In this document: positions 1 to 10,979 of the stretch, one piece after another
Layout of the letters: every line of letters starts with the position of its first letter
Position numbering within the stretch: position 1 is the stretch's first letter
Notes under the pieces: model-generated
Told to the model about the DNA's origin: nothing
What the model saw: only the letters and a program-made list of their open reading frames with translations
The model's database searches: none
Assembly (NCBI GenBank): GCA_963740315.1
Contig: CAVUDP010000001.1
Span: 192,001-256,000, forward strand
Direction: 5' to 3'
From: an uncultured cyanobacterium
GTDB lineage: Bacteria > Cyanobacteriota > Cyanobacteriia > Cyanobacteriales > Nostocaceae
Length of the DNA stretch: 64,000 nt
Position numbers and translations under genes: made by a program

Positions 1-1552
1 CTAAGATTTCAATTAATATATCTTTTTCTAGAAATTTACCCGCAGCAATCAGTTTTTGTAGTTTCGGTACTAATTTAATGACTTTTTCTGATTCACCAGG
101 TAAAAACTGGGTTGTACCCTTTTCAAACAGTACTGTTACTTCTTCGACTTCTTTTTTATAAGTATTAAGTTGGTCAATATCTAAATCCTGTAAATCTTTA
201 TCTTGATATTCAGTTATACCAAGAAGAGACAAGGATGATTTTCGTTCTCTCGCGGACAAAATCCACTCGCGAGATGCAGAACCTGTAGCCTTCAGAACGG
301 CATTTTTATCAAGTTTTAGAGTAACTGTTTTCGGTTTTTGTAATAGCTTCGCGGCTCTTTTTTCAATAATTTTTGCCTCCAAGGAGACAAAAGGTTTCCA
401 TTGATAAATAATTGCTTTGGGATTGAGATTAGCTTGTTTTGTTAGCTTCTCTGGTTCGATCGCTAACGGATCTCGCATCCCTTGAATAAAACTTTTTCCA
501 TTCTTTTTACCAGTTTTAGTTATTACAATTCCCGGTTGCTCTGCCAAAGTTTGTACGTAACTATTCCAGCGTTGATTGTCTCTAATTGCAACAAATCCCC
601 AAACACCTAATACTATTGCCAGTATACCTAAAACAACCCATGCATAAGTATAGTTATTTTTTTTCTCAGGAGCTTGATAGCGAGATTCTAAACAAGCTTG
701 TAAATACGGCTGACTGGCTGCAAAAGGCTCTGTATCCCCAGAAAAATCATGTATTTCTTTACTTAATTTCAAATGTATTTTTTCTATCGTATTTTGAAAT
801 ACAATCCTTAATTCCTCTGGTGCATTTCCGCGAATAATACCCGCTAAAACACAGGAGGGTCCTTCTTCAATCCAAATAGTAAGTTCGCCAAACTCCAAAG
901 TATGCAAACTCTCATGTTTTCGCACATCAAACGAATCTTTGACAAAATCTTGAATTGCACTCAACATCGCCGAAACCAAAGACGGATCTTGAGCGGATAC
1001 CATCGGCGCTATTATATGTTGCAGCATCAATCCGCTGTGTTTGTGAATCAGAAATATCTGCTCGACGCGATAAACCAGCGTTCGCAACAATACAACTTCT
1101 GCAAAGGATTTTCCCGTTTGTTTAGCTTCTATTCTCCACTTCAAACTTTGCGGTGAAACGCTGTGTTCCAAAGTTTGATTGAACGACTGCAACATTGAAT
1201 CCATAGCAGTGGCGATCGCCTTGCGTATGGCGGGACCCATAATCGGGAACATTGCCTCGGAAAGTACGTTAATATCTTTCTTTACAGAAGAGTTAATCGC
1301 TTGCTCGATGCTGGGAACCATCGCATTAGATAGGCGATCGTCCTGCATTGTCCGCAAAATCACCGCTTCTGGAAGCATCTGACTGATATCTTCAGCATCA
1401 ACTTCAGGATTATCCAGTTTTTCGTAAAACCGATGCAGTTTTGGTGGCTCGATTCCTAAAAGCAAACTCCTTAACTCGCTTAATTCTCCTAATTCGTTTA
1501 ATTCATTATTTAAGGATTCTTTCTCTACTTGATTCCCGTTAGAGTCACTCAT
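1..1552 (-). CDS. Partial (runs off window) OmpA/BON-associated cyanobacterial protein
   Basis: ATG at 1552 on minus strand; reads MSDSNGNQVEKESLNNELNELGELSELRSLLLG...AMFPIMGPAIRKAIA, the N-terminus typical of this family. Missing from the ORF track, consistent with no stop inside the window. Confidence 0.7.
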   Translation of the reverse strand, partial: MSDSNGNQVEKESLNNELNELGELSELRSLLLGIEPPKLHRFYEKLDNPEVDAEDISQMLPEAVILRTMQDDRLSNAMVPSIEQAINSSVKKDINVLSEAMFPIMGPAIRKAIATAMDSMLQSFNQTLEHSVSPQSLKWRIEAKQTGKSFAEVVLLRTLVYRVEQIFLIHKHSGLMLQHIIAPMVSAQDPSLVSAMLSAIQDFVKDSFDVRKHESLHTLEFGELTIWIEEGPSCVLAGIIRGNAPEELRIVFQNTIEKIHLKLSKEIHDFSGDTEPFAASQPYLQACLESRYQAPEKKNNYTYAWVVLGILAIVLGVWGFVAIRDNQRWNSYVQTLAEQPGIVITKTGKKNGKSFIQGMRDPLAIEPEKLTKQANLNPKAIIYQWKPFVSLEAKIIEKRAAKLLQKPKTVTLKLDKNAVLKATGSASREWILSARERKSSLSLLGITEYQDKDLQDLDIDQLNTYKKEVEEVTVLFEKGTTQFLPGESEKVIKLVPKLQKLIAAGKFLEKDILIEIL

Positions 1553-1668
1553 CGGCAAAACTTTTAGATTTAATTATATTTAATTAGATGTATATAAATT
1601 ACCCTTCTTTAAATAGAAAAGCCATTCATTAGGCTACATTAATTAAATGAATGGCTTTTACAAGCTTC

Positions 1669-2268
1669 TTATTGAGAATTCAACCGCAATGCTAATTCGG
1701 AAAACAAAGCCGCCAATTGAGAGCGATCTGTTTTTTCGTTGCGAAGTTCGTAAGTTTCTCGCTCTAGTAAACCGACAATTTCTTCATACTTTTGTCGAAT
1801 ATCATCTTGTAAAGTTTGAGATTGATTTAAAATTGAGGAGCGTAACTCTCGCTGAGTTTTACTTGCTTCTTCATCAATGTCAGCCATCTTTTTCTCTAAA
1901 GATTCAGCAAGTTTTCTTTGTTCTTCATTAATCGCCTTTACTGCTTCATCGCGCTTTACTTGCTCGTTTTTAGCTCTAGCACTCAAAGAGTCTGCTTCTT
2001 CTTTGATATAATTTTCTAAGGAATCGAGTCGCTTCCTGGTTTCATCTCTCAAATCCGTACATTCTTTAACCAAACGCTCTTCCAAACGAGAAAACTTTTT
2101 ATCTAACTCTCGCATTTGAGAGCCAACTAAAATGTCTCGAACCTTATGCAAACTATTATTTTCATGAATCTCAGGATTACTATATTCTAAAGGCTTACTG
2201 ATATCTCTACTTGACATCATTTGCGCTGTTTCAAGAGAAATATTATTGCTGTATTCTTCTGATTTCAT
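1669..2268 (-). CDS. Coiled-coil hypothetical protein, usual upstream partner of the OmpA-family gene
   Basis: 199 aa, E/K/L-rich heptads, motif KVRDILVGSQMRELDKKFSRLEE. Confidence 0.65.
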   Translation of the reverse strand: MKSEEYSNNISLETAQMMSSRDISKPLEYSNPEIHENNSLHKVRDILVGSQMRELDKKFSRLEERLVKECTDLRDETRKRLDSLENYIKEEADSLSARAKNEQVKRDEAVKAINEEQRKLAESLEKKMADIDEEASKTQRELRSSILNQSQTLQDDIRQKYEEIVGLLERETYELRNEKTDRSQLAALFSELALRLNSQ

Positions 2269-2782
2269 ACTTCAAATTCCTAGTAAAATCTTTCTATTCC
2301 ATTAACGAACTTGTAGCTTTATGTACGCACCCGAAGAATATATCTGTCTTCTTTTTCACTTTAATTTGGCGGTAGATTTTTACTACTTATTCAAATAGCA
2401 TCTTAAAATTGGTACTTATAAAGCATCCTCCTTAAGATTGACATTGTATTATCCATTATAAAAATTTATTATGAACATAATTATTCGTAACTAATTTTAA
2501 TTGCGTTTGCCCTGTATAAAGGTTTGTCAATCGGTAGAAAATACCACACATTTAATTTGGGAAAATACAAAGGATTGCTTTCGATTTATTAGCGGCAGGC
2601 TATTTATCGATCGCTTAAATAACAATGGGCAATAATTAATTGTAAAAGGCTCGCAAGTAAAATTCTACTTTTATATATTTTTGTAAATAAATATATCTAT
2701 CATCTGGGCAACTAAATATTGACGCTACTCCACTACAATAAAAGTGAAGAAATTTGAAATTTACTCCGTTTTCTGCAATCAT

Positions 2783-3967
2783 ATGGAAGATTTTAGTCAA
2801 TTGCTTATTGATAAAAAAAAGGTAATCATACAAAACTGGCTTAAAAAGGTTTGTCAGGATAGTGAAATTGAAAGCACACACGGATTATCTCGCCCAGCCA
2901 TAGTAAACCATCTAGATCATGTTCTTATTGCCCTAGCAACAGTGCTTTCCAAAAATAGCGAAGATGACTTTGAGGCAATAGTAGAAGCGAGTTTAAGTCA
3001 TGGAATTCTCCGCGCCGAACAAGGTTATGATGCTAACGAAATAGCTAGGGAATACCATTTGTTTCGTCAAGCTATATTTTCAACTTTAGAAAAACATTTA
3101 CTCAAAGCAACAGCACCCGAGATAATGCGAGCCATGCGATCGATTGATAGCGTAGTAGATGAAGCGATCGCTCGTTGTTTTAAAAGTTATACACATCAAA
3201 GAATTGACGAATTAGAGCATTTACAAAATCAGTTAACTTTGCACAATCAAGAATTAACTAGATTTGTTCGCACGAGTCAAGATAACCTTTCTTTTTTAGC
3301 GCACGAACTTAAAACTCCTTTGACATCAATTATCGGTTATTCGGATTTATTTTTACGGATACAAAAACAGAAAGCTGAAGTTCGAGATACCTATGGAAGT
3401 TTAGAACATATTCAGCGTGTATTAAATAGTGGTAGACAGTTATTGCGTTTGATAAATAATGCTTTAGAAATTTCTCGACTTGAAGCAGGAGAAATACAAC
3501 TGAAGTTAGAACCAATTAATCCGCATGAATTAATTGCAGAAGTATGTAAAATGTTGCAACCTTTATTAGACAAGAAAAATATTGAAATTATTATAAATTG
3601 TCAAAATGCTCCTGAAACAGTTGTAACAGATGTGTTGAAATTGCAACAAGTGATTACAAATCTTGTTAGTAATGCAATTCGCTATACCGAATCGGGAACA
3701 ATTGAAATCAACTGCGAATTAGATCGAAGTAAATATAAGATTGAATTTTCAGATACCGGAATTGGTATTGCCGAAGAAGACTTAGTTAATATTTTTAATC
3801 CTTACTATCGTGCTAATTCCAAAGGTGAATCTTGCTTTATAGATGGTACAGGCTTAGGTTTAGCAATAGTTGCCCAAATTATTCAATTAATCCAAGGGGA
3901 AATTAAAGTGGAATCTGTATTAGGTGATGGCTCTACATTTACCGTTGTTTTCCCCCTGGAAATATAG
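2783..3967 (+). CDS. Sensor histidine kinase with N-terminal RsbRD_N-like domain
   Basis: H-box FLAHELKTPLTSI, N-box NLVSNAIRYT, G-boxes DTGIGI and GTGLGL. HGILRAEQGY motif in the N-terminus. ATG 2783 preferred to GTG 2744. Confidence 0.85.
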   Translation: MEDFSQLLIDKKKVIIQNWLKKVCQDSEIESTHGLSRPAIVNHLDHVLIALATVLSKNSEDDFEAIVEASLSHGILRAEQGYDANEIAREYHLFRQAIFSTLEKHLLKATAPEIMRAMRSIDSVVDEAIARCFKSYTHQRIDELEHLQNQLTLHNQELTRFVRTSQDNLSFLAHELKTPLTSIIGYSDLFLRIQKQKAEVRDTYGSLEHIQRVLNSGRQLLRLINNALEISRLEAGEIQLKLEPINPHELIAEVCKMLQPLLDKKNIEIIINCQNAPETVVTDVLKLQQVITNLVSNAIRYTESGTIEINCELDRSKYKIEFSDTGIGIAEEDLVNIFNPYYRANSKGESCFIDGTGLGLAIVAQIIQLIQGEIKVESVLGDGSTFTVVFPLEI

Positions 3968-3989
3968 AATCAGTAATCAATCCTCTAAT

Positions 3990-5144
3990 TTAAAGAAAAC
4001 CTTCTTCTTCTAAATTCCTTAAAGCATTTTCCGCAGCGGCTTTTCTCGCTTCTTTTATATTCTTTCCGGTGCCTTCTCCGAACTTCTTCTTTTCTACAAT
4101 TACTTCACACAGATATTCTGGAGCGTGAGGTACACCACCTATTTTAACGGGAATATAATCGGGTAGATTGGGTGGATTTTGCGGAATGTTGCGCTGAACC
4201 CATGCTTGAAGCTGATTTATTGGATCGAGATGAGAACGGAATTCAACTATTTCTTCCGGAACTGAATCAAATAATGGTTCAATAACATCACGTGCTGCTT
4301 CAATATCTGAATTATTATCAATATAATAAGCTGCAATTACTGCTTCAAAAGTGCTGCTAAGTAAATTTGGGTTTTTGTATCCTCCTTCGCGGATAGCACC
4401 TTTACCCAATCGCATCTTTTTGTCTAAACCGACTTCCAAAGCAAACCTTGATAGCTGCTTTTCGTCAACTAATGCCGAACGTCTGCGCGTTAATTCATCC
4501 TCTCCGATTTCTGGATAACGGCGGTACAAATAATCTCCACTTAAATAAGTTAATAAAGCATCACCTAAAAATTCCAAACGTTCGTTATGTTCGCCTTCTT
4601 GGGGATTTTCATGAACGTAAGAACGATGAGTAAGCGCACGACGTAAAAGCGAATCACGATCGAATTTAGCTTTTTGAATAACTTCTACTAAGTTCTCTTT
4701 TTTACGTTTTTCTGTTGATTTAGAACATAATAACATTAAGATTTCCTGTTTATATTGTTCTGCAATCTTTACTTCAGATGCAGATATAGCTTTGAGCAGT
4801 CTAGTTATACTATCAATAGCGCGATAAGTATCATCCGTAGAAAAATGAGATTGATGCGCCCATTTGTTACGAATCTCTATCAATTCATACACCAAAACGC
4901 GATTATCAAAACTGATTTTAAATACTGGTTCCCAATGCTTAATTATCACTTTGAGTAAAACAGAAATATCTTCGCTCAACATTTCTTCGGAGTTACGTCG
5001 TGATTTTTCCTTAGACAAACATGATACAGCCTCTTTTAACCAGTCCGCACCGTAAACTTTCTGCATTTCTCTTTTTACATAAGGATATAAACCTTGATTC
5101 AAAAGAGTTAAACCTCTACCAACACCGCGATCGCTAATAGTCAT
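3990..5144 (-). CDS. rnc: Ribonuclease III with N-terminal Swt1-like HEPN domain
   Basis: RNase III signature HNERLEFLGDALL and C-terminal dsRBD (GEGTGKNIKEARKAAAENAL). The N-terminal ~140 aa carry the HEPN Rx4H motif RNKWAH. Confidence 0.85.
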   Translation of the reverse strand: MTISDRGVGRGLTLLNQGLYPYVKREMQKVYGADWLKEAVSCLSKEKSRRNSEEMLSEDISVLLKVIIKHWEPVFKISFDNRVLVYELIEIRNKWAHQSHFSTDDTYRAIDSITRLLKAISASEVKIAEQYKQEILMLLCSKSTEKRKKENLVEVIQKAKFDRDSLLRRALTHRSYVHENPQEGEHNERLEFLGDALLTYLSGDYLYRRYPEIGEDELTRRRSALVDEKQLSRFALEVGLDKKMRLGKGAIREGGYKNPNLLSSTFEAVIAAYYIDNNSDIEAARDVIEPLFDSVPEEIVEFRSHLDPINQLQAWVQRNIPQNPPNLPDYIPVKIGGVPHAPEYLCEVIVEKKKFGEGTGKNIKEARKAAAENALRNLEEEGFL

Positions 5145-5305
5145 ATTTAGTATTTAAAATCACATTTGACGTAGTAATTATTTTATCTGAAGCTACTGAA
5201 AATACTTCAATTTTTAGATAATCGAGATAGGTTGGGTTTGGTTGCTCATCCTAAAACAAGGTAAGCTAGAAAATTAGACTAATTAAACTAACTATTATAT
5301 AAAAA

Positions 5306-7339
5306 ATGGCTGCATCCACTGTTACTTCTACTCTTACCACTTTTCCTTTATCTGCTGTAGTTGGTCAAGAAGCGATTAAATCAGCTTTACTATTGGCAGC
5401 AGTCGATCCTGAATTGGGGGGAGTAGCGATCGCCGGACGTAGAGGAACCGCAAAGTCGGTGATGGCAAGGGCTATTCACGCTTTATTACCACCGATTGAA
5501 GTTGTCAAAAATTCTATTAGTAATTGCAATCCCGACAAACCAGAAGAATGGGATGATGATTTATGTACAGACGTTAAATTTAACGTCTCTACAATAGAAA
5601 CTGAAATAATCCCCGCACCATTTTTACAAATCCCCTTGGGAGTCACCGAAGATCGACTTTTGGGTTCGGTGGATGTGGAAAAATCGGTAAAGCAGGGGGA
5701 GACAGTATTTCAACCGGGTTTACTCGCAGCAGCACATCGCGGCGTACTGTATGTAGATGAAATCAACCTTTTAGATGAGCAAATTAGCAATCAACTTTTA
5801 AGCGTACTATCCGAAGGGCGCAACCAAATCGAACGCGAAGGAATCAGTTTTCAACATCCTTGCAAAGCTTTATTTATTGCTACTTATAATCCCGAAGAAG
5901 GAAATTTACGCGAACATTTATTAGATAGAATTGCGATTTCCCTTTCCGCAGACGGCGTTTTAGGTTTAGATGACAGAGTGCAAGCAGTAGAGCAAGCGAT
6001 CGCCTATTCTCGTTCTCCTCAAGAATTTCTCCAGCAGTACAGCGAAGATATCGACTCGATTCAAACTCAAATTGTCTTAGCGCGGGAATGGTTGAAAGAA
6101 GTTACTATTACCCAAGAACAAATTAGTTACCTTGTCGAAGAAGCAATTCGCGGCGTAGTGCAGGGACATCGCGCCGAATTATTTGCAGTGCGAGTAGCTA
6201 AAGCATCCGCAGCATTAGATGGAAGAGACAAAGTTAATGCCGAAGATTTGCGTCGTGCCGTGGAATTAGTCATAGTACCCCGCGCCACCGTAATTCAATC
6301 GCCACCAGAAGAAGAACAACAGCCACCACCACCACCACCACAACAAAACCAAGAGCCAGAAGACGAATCAGAACAAGAGCAAGACGAACAGGAAGAAAAA
6401 GAAGAAGAAGAATCCAACCAAGAAGAACAAGAACCACCAGGAATTCCCGAAGAATTCGTTTTCGATCCAGAAGGCGTAATCTTAGATGAAAGCGTACTTT
6501 ACTTTGCTCAAACAGCCCAGCGCAAAGGAAACTCCGGAAGTCGCGGTTTAATCTTTTCCGATGATAGGGGACGCTACATCAAACCAATGATACCCAAAGG
6601 AAAAGTCCGTCGCATCGCCGTAGATGCCACATTGCGAGCCGCAGCACCATATCAAAAAGCACGTAGGCAAAGAAATCCCGGTAGAAACGTGATTGTAGAA
6701 CAAGGCGATATTCGTGCTAAAAGATTGGCGAGAAAAGCCGGAGCATTAGTAATATTTGTTGTAGACGCTTCCGGTTCAATGGCACTCAACCGAATGCAGT
6801 CAGCCAAAGGAGCGGTAATGCAATTATTAACAGAAGCATATCAAAACCGCGACCAAGTAGCATTAATTCCCTTCCGAGGAGAGCAAGCAGAAGTAATGTT
6901 ACCACCCACACGTTCCATAACATTAGCCCGCACCCGTTTAGAAAAAATGCCATGCGGCGGCGGTTCACCCCTTGCTCACGGATTAACCCAAGCCGCTCAC
7001 GTCGGTTTAAACGCCCAAAGAAGCGGAGACATCGGACAAGTAGTTATAGTTGCAATTACCGACGGACGCGGTAACATATCGTTATCTCGCTCTCTAGGTG
7101 AACCCCAAGAACCCGGAGAAAAGCCAGATATTAAAGGAGAATTATTAGAAGTAGCCGCCAAAATCCGCGCTTTAGGAATGCAGTTGCTAGTAATTGACAC
7201 CGAAAGTAAATTTGTGTCTACAGGGTTTGCGAAAGAGCTAGCAAAGAACGCTGGGGGCAAATATTATCACCTACCTAAAGCTACCGATAAAGCAATTGCA
7301 GCCATGACAAAAGGTGCGATCGCAGATTTGAGAATGTAG
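5306..7339 (+). CDS. chlD: Magnesium chelatase subunit D
   Basis: AAA domain (GRRGTAKS), Pro/acidic linker, vWA MIDAS motif DASGSM. Confidence 0.95.
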   Translation: MAASTVTSTLTTFPLSAVVGQEAIKSALLLAAVDPELGGVAIAGRRGTAKSVMARAIHALLPPIEVVKNSISNCNPDKPEEWDDDLCTDVKFNVSTIETEIIPAPFLQIPLGVTEDRLLGSVDVEKSVKQGETVFQPGLLAAAHRGVLYVDEINLLDEQISNQLLSVLSEGRNQIEREGISFQHPCKALFIATYNPEEGNLREHLLDRIAISLSADGVLGLDDRVQAVEQAIAYSRSPQEFLQQYSEDIDSIQTQIVLAREWLKEVTITQEQISYLVEEAIRGVVQGHRAELFAVRVAKASAALDGRDKVNAEDLRRAVELVIVPRATVIQSPPEEEQQPPPPPPQQNQEPEDESEQEQDEQEEKEEEESNQEEQEPPGIPEEFVFDPEGVILDESVLYFAQTAQRKGNSGSRGLIFSDDRGRYIKPMIPKGKVRRIAVDATLRAAAPYQKARRQRNPGRNVIVEQGDIRAKRLARKAGALVIFVVDASGSMALNRMQSAKGAVMQLLTEAYQNRDQVALIPFRGEQAEVMLPPTRSITLARTRLEKMPCGGGSPLAHGLTQAAHVGLNAQRSGDIGQVVIVAITDGRGNISLSRSLGEPQEPGEKPDIKGELLEVAAKIRALGMQLLVIDTESKFVSTGFAKELAKNAGGKYYHLPKATDKAIAAMTKGAIADLRM

Positions 7340-7495
7340 TGGGGATTGGGAATCAATATTCGTTCGTAGTTGCGCTTTAGCGCCAAATATGTAGCATAAG
7401 TTTGTAATTTGTAGGTTGGGTTAGGCGCACGAAGAAATTTGTTTTTAACCCGAAATGAAATTGCGCCGTAACCCAACATTTTCAAGAGGTAAGTT

Positions 7496-7915
7496 ATGAC
7501 TGCTGAGGAGTTGTTGGAAAGGTATGAGAAGGGGGAACGAGATTTTAGTGAGGTTGATTTGAGTAAGGTTAATTTGGAAGAGGTTTGTCTTGATGGAATC
7601 AATCTCGAAGGAGCTAACCTTAGTGGAACCCTTTTGTTCCATTCCACTTTGCGAGGAGCTATTCTCAGAAATGCCAACCTGGAAGGAGCCGATTTGAGTC
7701 TAACTGTTTTGGATGAAGCCGATTTCCGAGGAGCTAATCTCAAAAATTGTAGGACTTTGGAATGTTCTATGATTAGGACTAACTTCCGAAATGCTAGAGA
7801 CGAAGGAATGATCTGGAATGGGTATGCGTACAATACGGTTCTGCCTGACGGTCAAGTTGTCTCCGATCCCGACCCCGAAAGAGATCGATGGATTGCTGAA
7901 GGGAATGACTTCTAA
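7496..7915 (+). CDS. Pentapeptide repeat protein
   Basis: MTAEELLERYEKGERDF N-cap, A(D/N)Lxx repeats, TVLPDG C-cap. GAGG RBS upstream. Confidence 0.85.
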   Translation: MTAEELLERYEKGERDFSEVDLSKVNLEEVCLDGINLEGANLSGTLLFHSTLRGAILRNANLEGADLSLTVLDEADFRGANLKNCRTLECSMIRTNFRNARDEGMIWNGYAYNTVLPDGQVVSDPDPERDRWIAEGNDF

Positions 7916-8311
7916 TTCCGCCAATAGTTCGTAGTTCGTAGGTTGGGTTGAGGAACGAAACCCAACACAATCTGGAAAACTCAACCAAATAATTCAAATC
8001 AAAACAATATTAAACACCTAACGAAACAACGCGCTTCATTCAAAATGTATGTTTGGCAATTTTATATGAAATCAAAATATTGATGTTGGGTTACGACGCA
8101 ATTTCAATTTTTGGTTGATTTTTCGATATTATCGTGCGTCTAACCCAACCTACGATTTATGTAATTTTATATAAATTTTATATTAAATCAAAATATTGAT
8201 GTTGGGTTACGACGCAATACGAATTAATTGGTTTATCTTTAAATATTGTCGTGCGTCTAACCCAACCTACCGTTTAAAGTTGTATGTGTTGGTTATTGCG
8301 AAAAATAAATA

Positions 8312-8857
8312 ATGGTTTGGGAAATTACTGCTGACGAGTTGTTGGAACGGTATGCTGATGGGGAAAGAAACTTCGCTGGAATTAGATTGCTTGAGAATGG
8401 TTTTCGCCCTTCCAAATATAGTGGAGAAGGGAGCGATCTTGATGGTGTGGTTTTGCGAGATATTAACTTGCGAGGGGCTTACTTTAATGAAGTCTACTTG
8501 ATTGGAGCCGATTTGACTGGAGCCGATTTGGGGGGGATTTTTCTGGGTGGCTGTTGTTTGAGCAAAGGAATCCTTCGGGATGTCAATTTGTATGGTGCCA
8601 ACGTTTCTCATAGTGGCTTCATCGATACCGATTTGCGGGGAAGCGACCTTGATTGTATCAACGGCATAGGTACTAGTTTTCGCGGAGCCTATCTTGATAC
8701 CTTGGAATATGCTGTTCTCGCTGAAGCTGACTTCAAGGGTGCCCACACCACTAATGGCTTGATCTGCCGAGGCATGAATTTGATTTGGTATACTACCATG
8801 CCGGATGGAACTATCGTACATGGTCCACAGTGGGGAACCGGACGTGATGCAAGATGA
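8312..8857 (+). CDS. Pentapeptide repeat protein
   Basis: ITADELLERYADGERNF N-cap, ADLxG repeats, TTMPDG C-cap. Confidence 0.85.
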   Translation: MVWEITADELLERYADGERNFAGIRLLENGFRPSKYSGEGSDLDGVVLRDINLRGAYFNEVYLIGADLTGADLGGIFLGGCCLSKGILRDVNLYGANVSHSGFIDTDLRGSDLDCINGIGTSFRGAYLDTLEYAVLAEADFKGAHTTNGLICRGMNLIWYTTMPDGTIVHGPQWGTGRDAR

Positions 8858-9353
8858 TTTCGTAGGTTGGGTTGAGGAACGAAACCCAACATAACCTAGA
8901 AAACTAAACCAAATAATTCAAATCAAAACAATATTAAACACCTAACGAAACAACTCGCTTCATTTTAAAAATGTATGTTTGGCAATTTTATATTAAATCA
9001 AAATACCGATGTTGGGTTACGACGCAATTTCAATCACTGGTTGATTTTTAAATATTGTCGTGCGTCTAACCCAACCTACCACTAATTCAAAAATCTATGT
9101 CGGGTAATTCATTATTAAATCAAAACATTGATGTTGGGTTACGACGCAATCTCAATCAATTCGCTAATAATTCAATCTTTTCGTGCGTCTAACCCAACCT
9201 ACAATTAAAACTCTTGTGGGATGGGCATCTCTGCCCGTCCAAATCTACTTCATAACAATAATCAAAACACCGATGTTGGGTTAGGACGCAATACTAATTA
9301 ATCGGTTAATAATTCAATCTTTTCGTGCGTCTAACCCAACCTACCAACTACCA

Positions 9354-9896
9354 TTATTCATTCCCTACCCAATCGGGAAATTCTAATTCTACTCCTGCAC
9401 CCCAATCAATATCATAAATGCCTCGTTTAACATCGCGATGAAAGCTTGAATATTTCCAATCTTTGGGTGCTTTCACATATCCATGTCGCACGGGGTTGTA
9501 ATGAATATAATTTACATGGTAATTAAAATCTGTTTCGTCGCGGATTTGATGTTCCCAAAAACGACGCTGCCAAACTCCTTGTTCTTTTTTATTCTGGCGC
9601 GATGCGGATATTTTTCCTTTATACTTTGGATGACATCGCCGACTAAAACCACCTTTAATTAAGCTCCAACGAATTGAAAAGTCATCATCATTTGATGGTA
9701 AAGTCCAAATACAGTGCAAATGTTCGGGTAAAATCACTATTGCGTCGATTGTAAAACGGTGCTGCCTCATTACCCGTTTGAATATCTTTCTTAGCAATAC
9801 AATATTTTCTTCATGACACAAAAATTTGCGGCGATTTTGAGTGACAACCGTGAAAAAGAAAGTACCTCCTTCTATTTTTGCTCTACGGTATTCCAT
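9354..9896 (-). mobile_element. REP-associated tyrosine transposase (RAYT, HUH Y1 family)
   Basis: TFFFTVVT, HUH motif PEHLH, WQRRFWEHQIRD, catalytic YIHYNPV. Flanked by inverted GTAG REPs. Confidence 0.9.
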
Positions 9897-10364
9897 TTAT
9901 TTTGTTAGATAAATAAATACAATTATATTCAATTCGTATTTCGTAGGTTGGGTTGAGGAACGAAGCCCAACAATATCAGAGCTTTTGCTTGTTGGGTTAC
10001 GACACAATTTGAATTAATTCGTTAATTGTTAAATCTTATCGTGTGTCTAACCCAACAAAGCGATTTGTGCAATTTTATCTAATTTTTTTATCTGAAATCA
10101 AAATACTGATGTTGGGTTACGACGCAATATCAATTAATTCGTTAATTATTAAATCCTCTCGTGCGTCTAACCCAACCTACCACTCTTGTGGGATGGGCAT
10201 CCCTGCCCATCTGAATCTACTTCGTAATAACCATCAAAACGCGCTTTGTTGGGTTACGACGCAATTTCAATAAGAAGGTTAATCGCTAAATCTTGTTGTG
10301 CGTCTAACCCAACCTACAATTATCTTTATATATTCCCCATGCCCAATCCCCAATCCCCAATTCC

Positions 10365-10979
10365 CTAATCCTCAAAAATCGCCCCGCGCAACTGCAATTC
10401 AAGCTTCATCCTCTGAGAAATACCTGTATTCCACCCAAAACGAGCATTATCAACTCTAGCACCACAAAAATCGGTATCGGAGAGATTTGCACCGAGAAAA
10501 TGAGCGTCATTGAGGTTAGCATTACTCAAAACAGCTTCACTAAGATTGCTACCTAATAAATAAGCATTGCTGAGATTCGCTTCTCTTAAATTGGCACCTC
10601 GAAGAATACTACCGCTCAAAATAGCTCCTTGTAAGTCTGCCTCTTGTAAATCGGTACCGCGCAAAATCGCAAGACAAAGATTAGCACCTTTCAAACTTGC
10701 ACCTCGAAGTATAGCAAGGCTGAGGTTTGCATTACTAAAGTCAAAACCTGACAAATTATTATTGCTTAGTAAATTCCAATTTAAATTGCTTTCTGCCAAA
10801 CAATCATTTATTAATTGAGCTTCATTTAAACGGATATAACTCAAATCCGTACCGCTTAAATCAACGCCATTTAGATTACTATCTATTAATTCTCTATCTA
10901 CCCTAGCGTTGCGCTTCTGAATTTTGTTAATATTAGATGCCCTAAACACAAATGGTAGTTGATTGTCAACTGTATTCAT
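10365..10979 (-). CDS. Pentapeptide repeat protein
   Basis: Many ANLxx repeats; C-terminal LQLRGAIFED. Confidence 0.85.
   Translation of the reverse strand: MNTVDNQLPFVFRASNINKIQKRNARVDRELIDSNLNGVDLSGTDLSYIRLNEAQLINDCLAESNLNWNLLSNNNLSGFDFSNANLSLAILRGASLKGANLCLAILRGTDLQEADLQGAILSGSILRGANLREANLSNAYLLGSNLSEAVLSNANLNDAHFLGANLSDTDFCGARVDNARFGWNTGISQRMKLELQLRGAIFED

Larger units (their letters stand above)
7411..10317. repeat. REP array: 9 long hairpins (GTAGGTTGGGTTAGACGCACGA-N~30-ATTGCGTCGTAACCCAACA) and 3 short REPs (GTAGGTTGGGTTGAGGAACGAAACCCAACA)
   Basis: Long copies at 7411-7478 (+) and at 8082-8153, 8198-8270, 9008-9079, 9130-9202, 9272-9344, 9990-10056, 10108-10180, 10247-10317 (-). Short copies at 7938, 8862, 9943. 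Confidence 0.9.

Noticed and set aside
586..1931. Plus-strand ORFs 586, 902, 1179, 1647
   Set aside because: Shadow ORFs opposite the real minus-strand genes.
8082..10317. Long REP units with ~30-nt variable middles as a possible CRISPR-like array
   Set aside because: The middles are diverged copies of one another enclosed by inverted arms, spacing is irregular, and the GTAG ends plus adjacent RAYT identify them as REPs.
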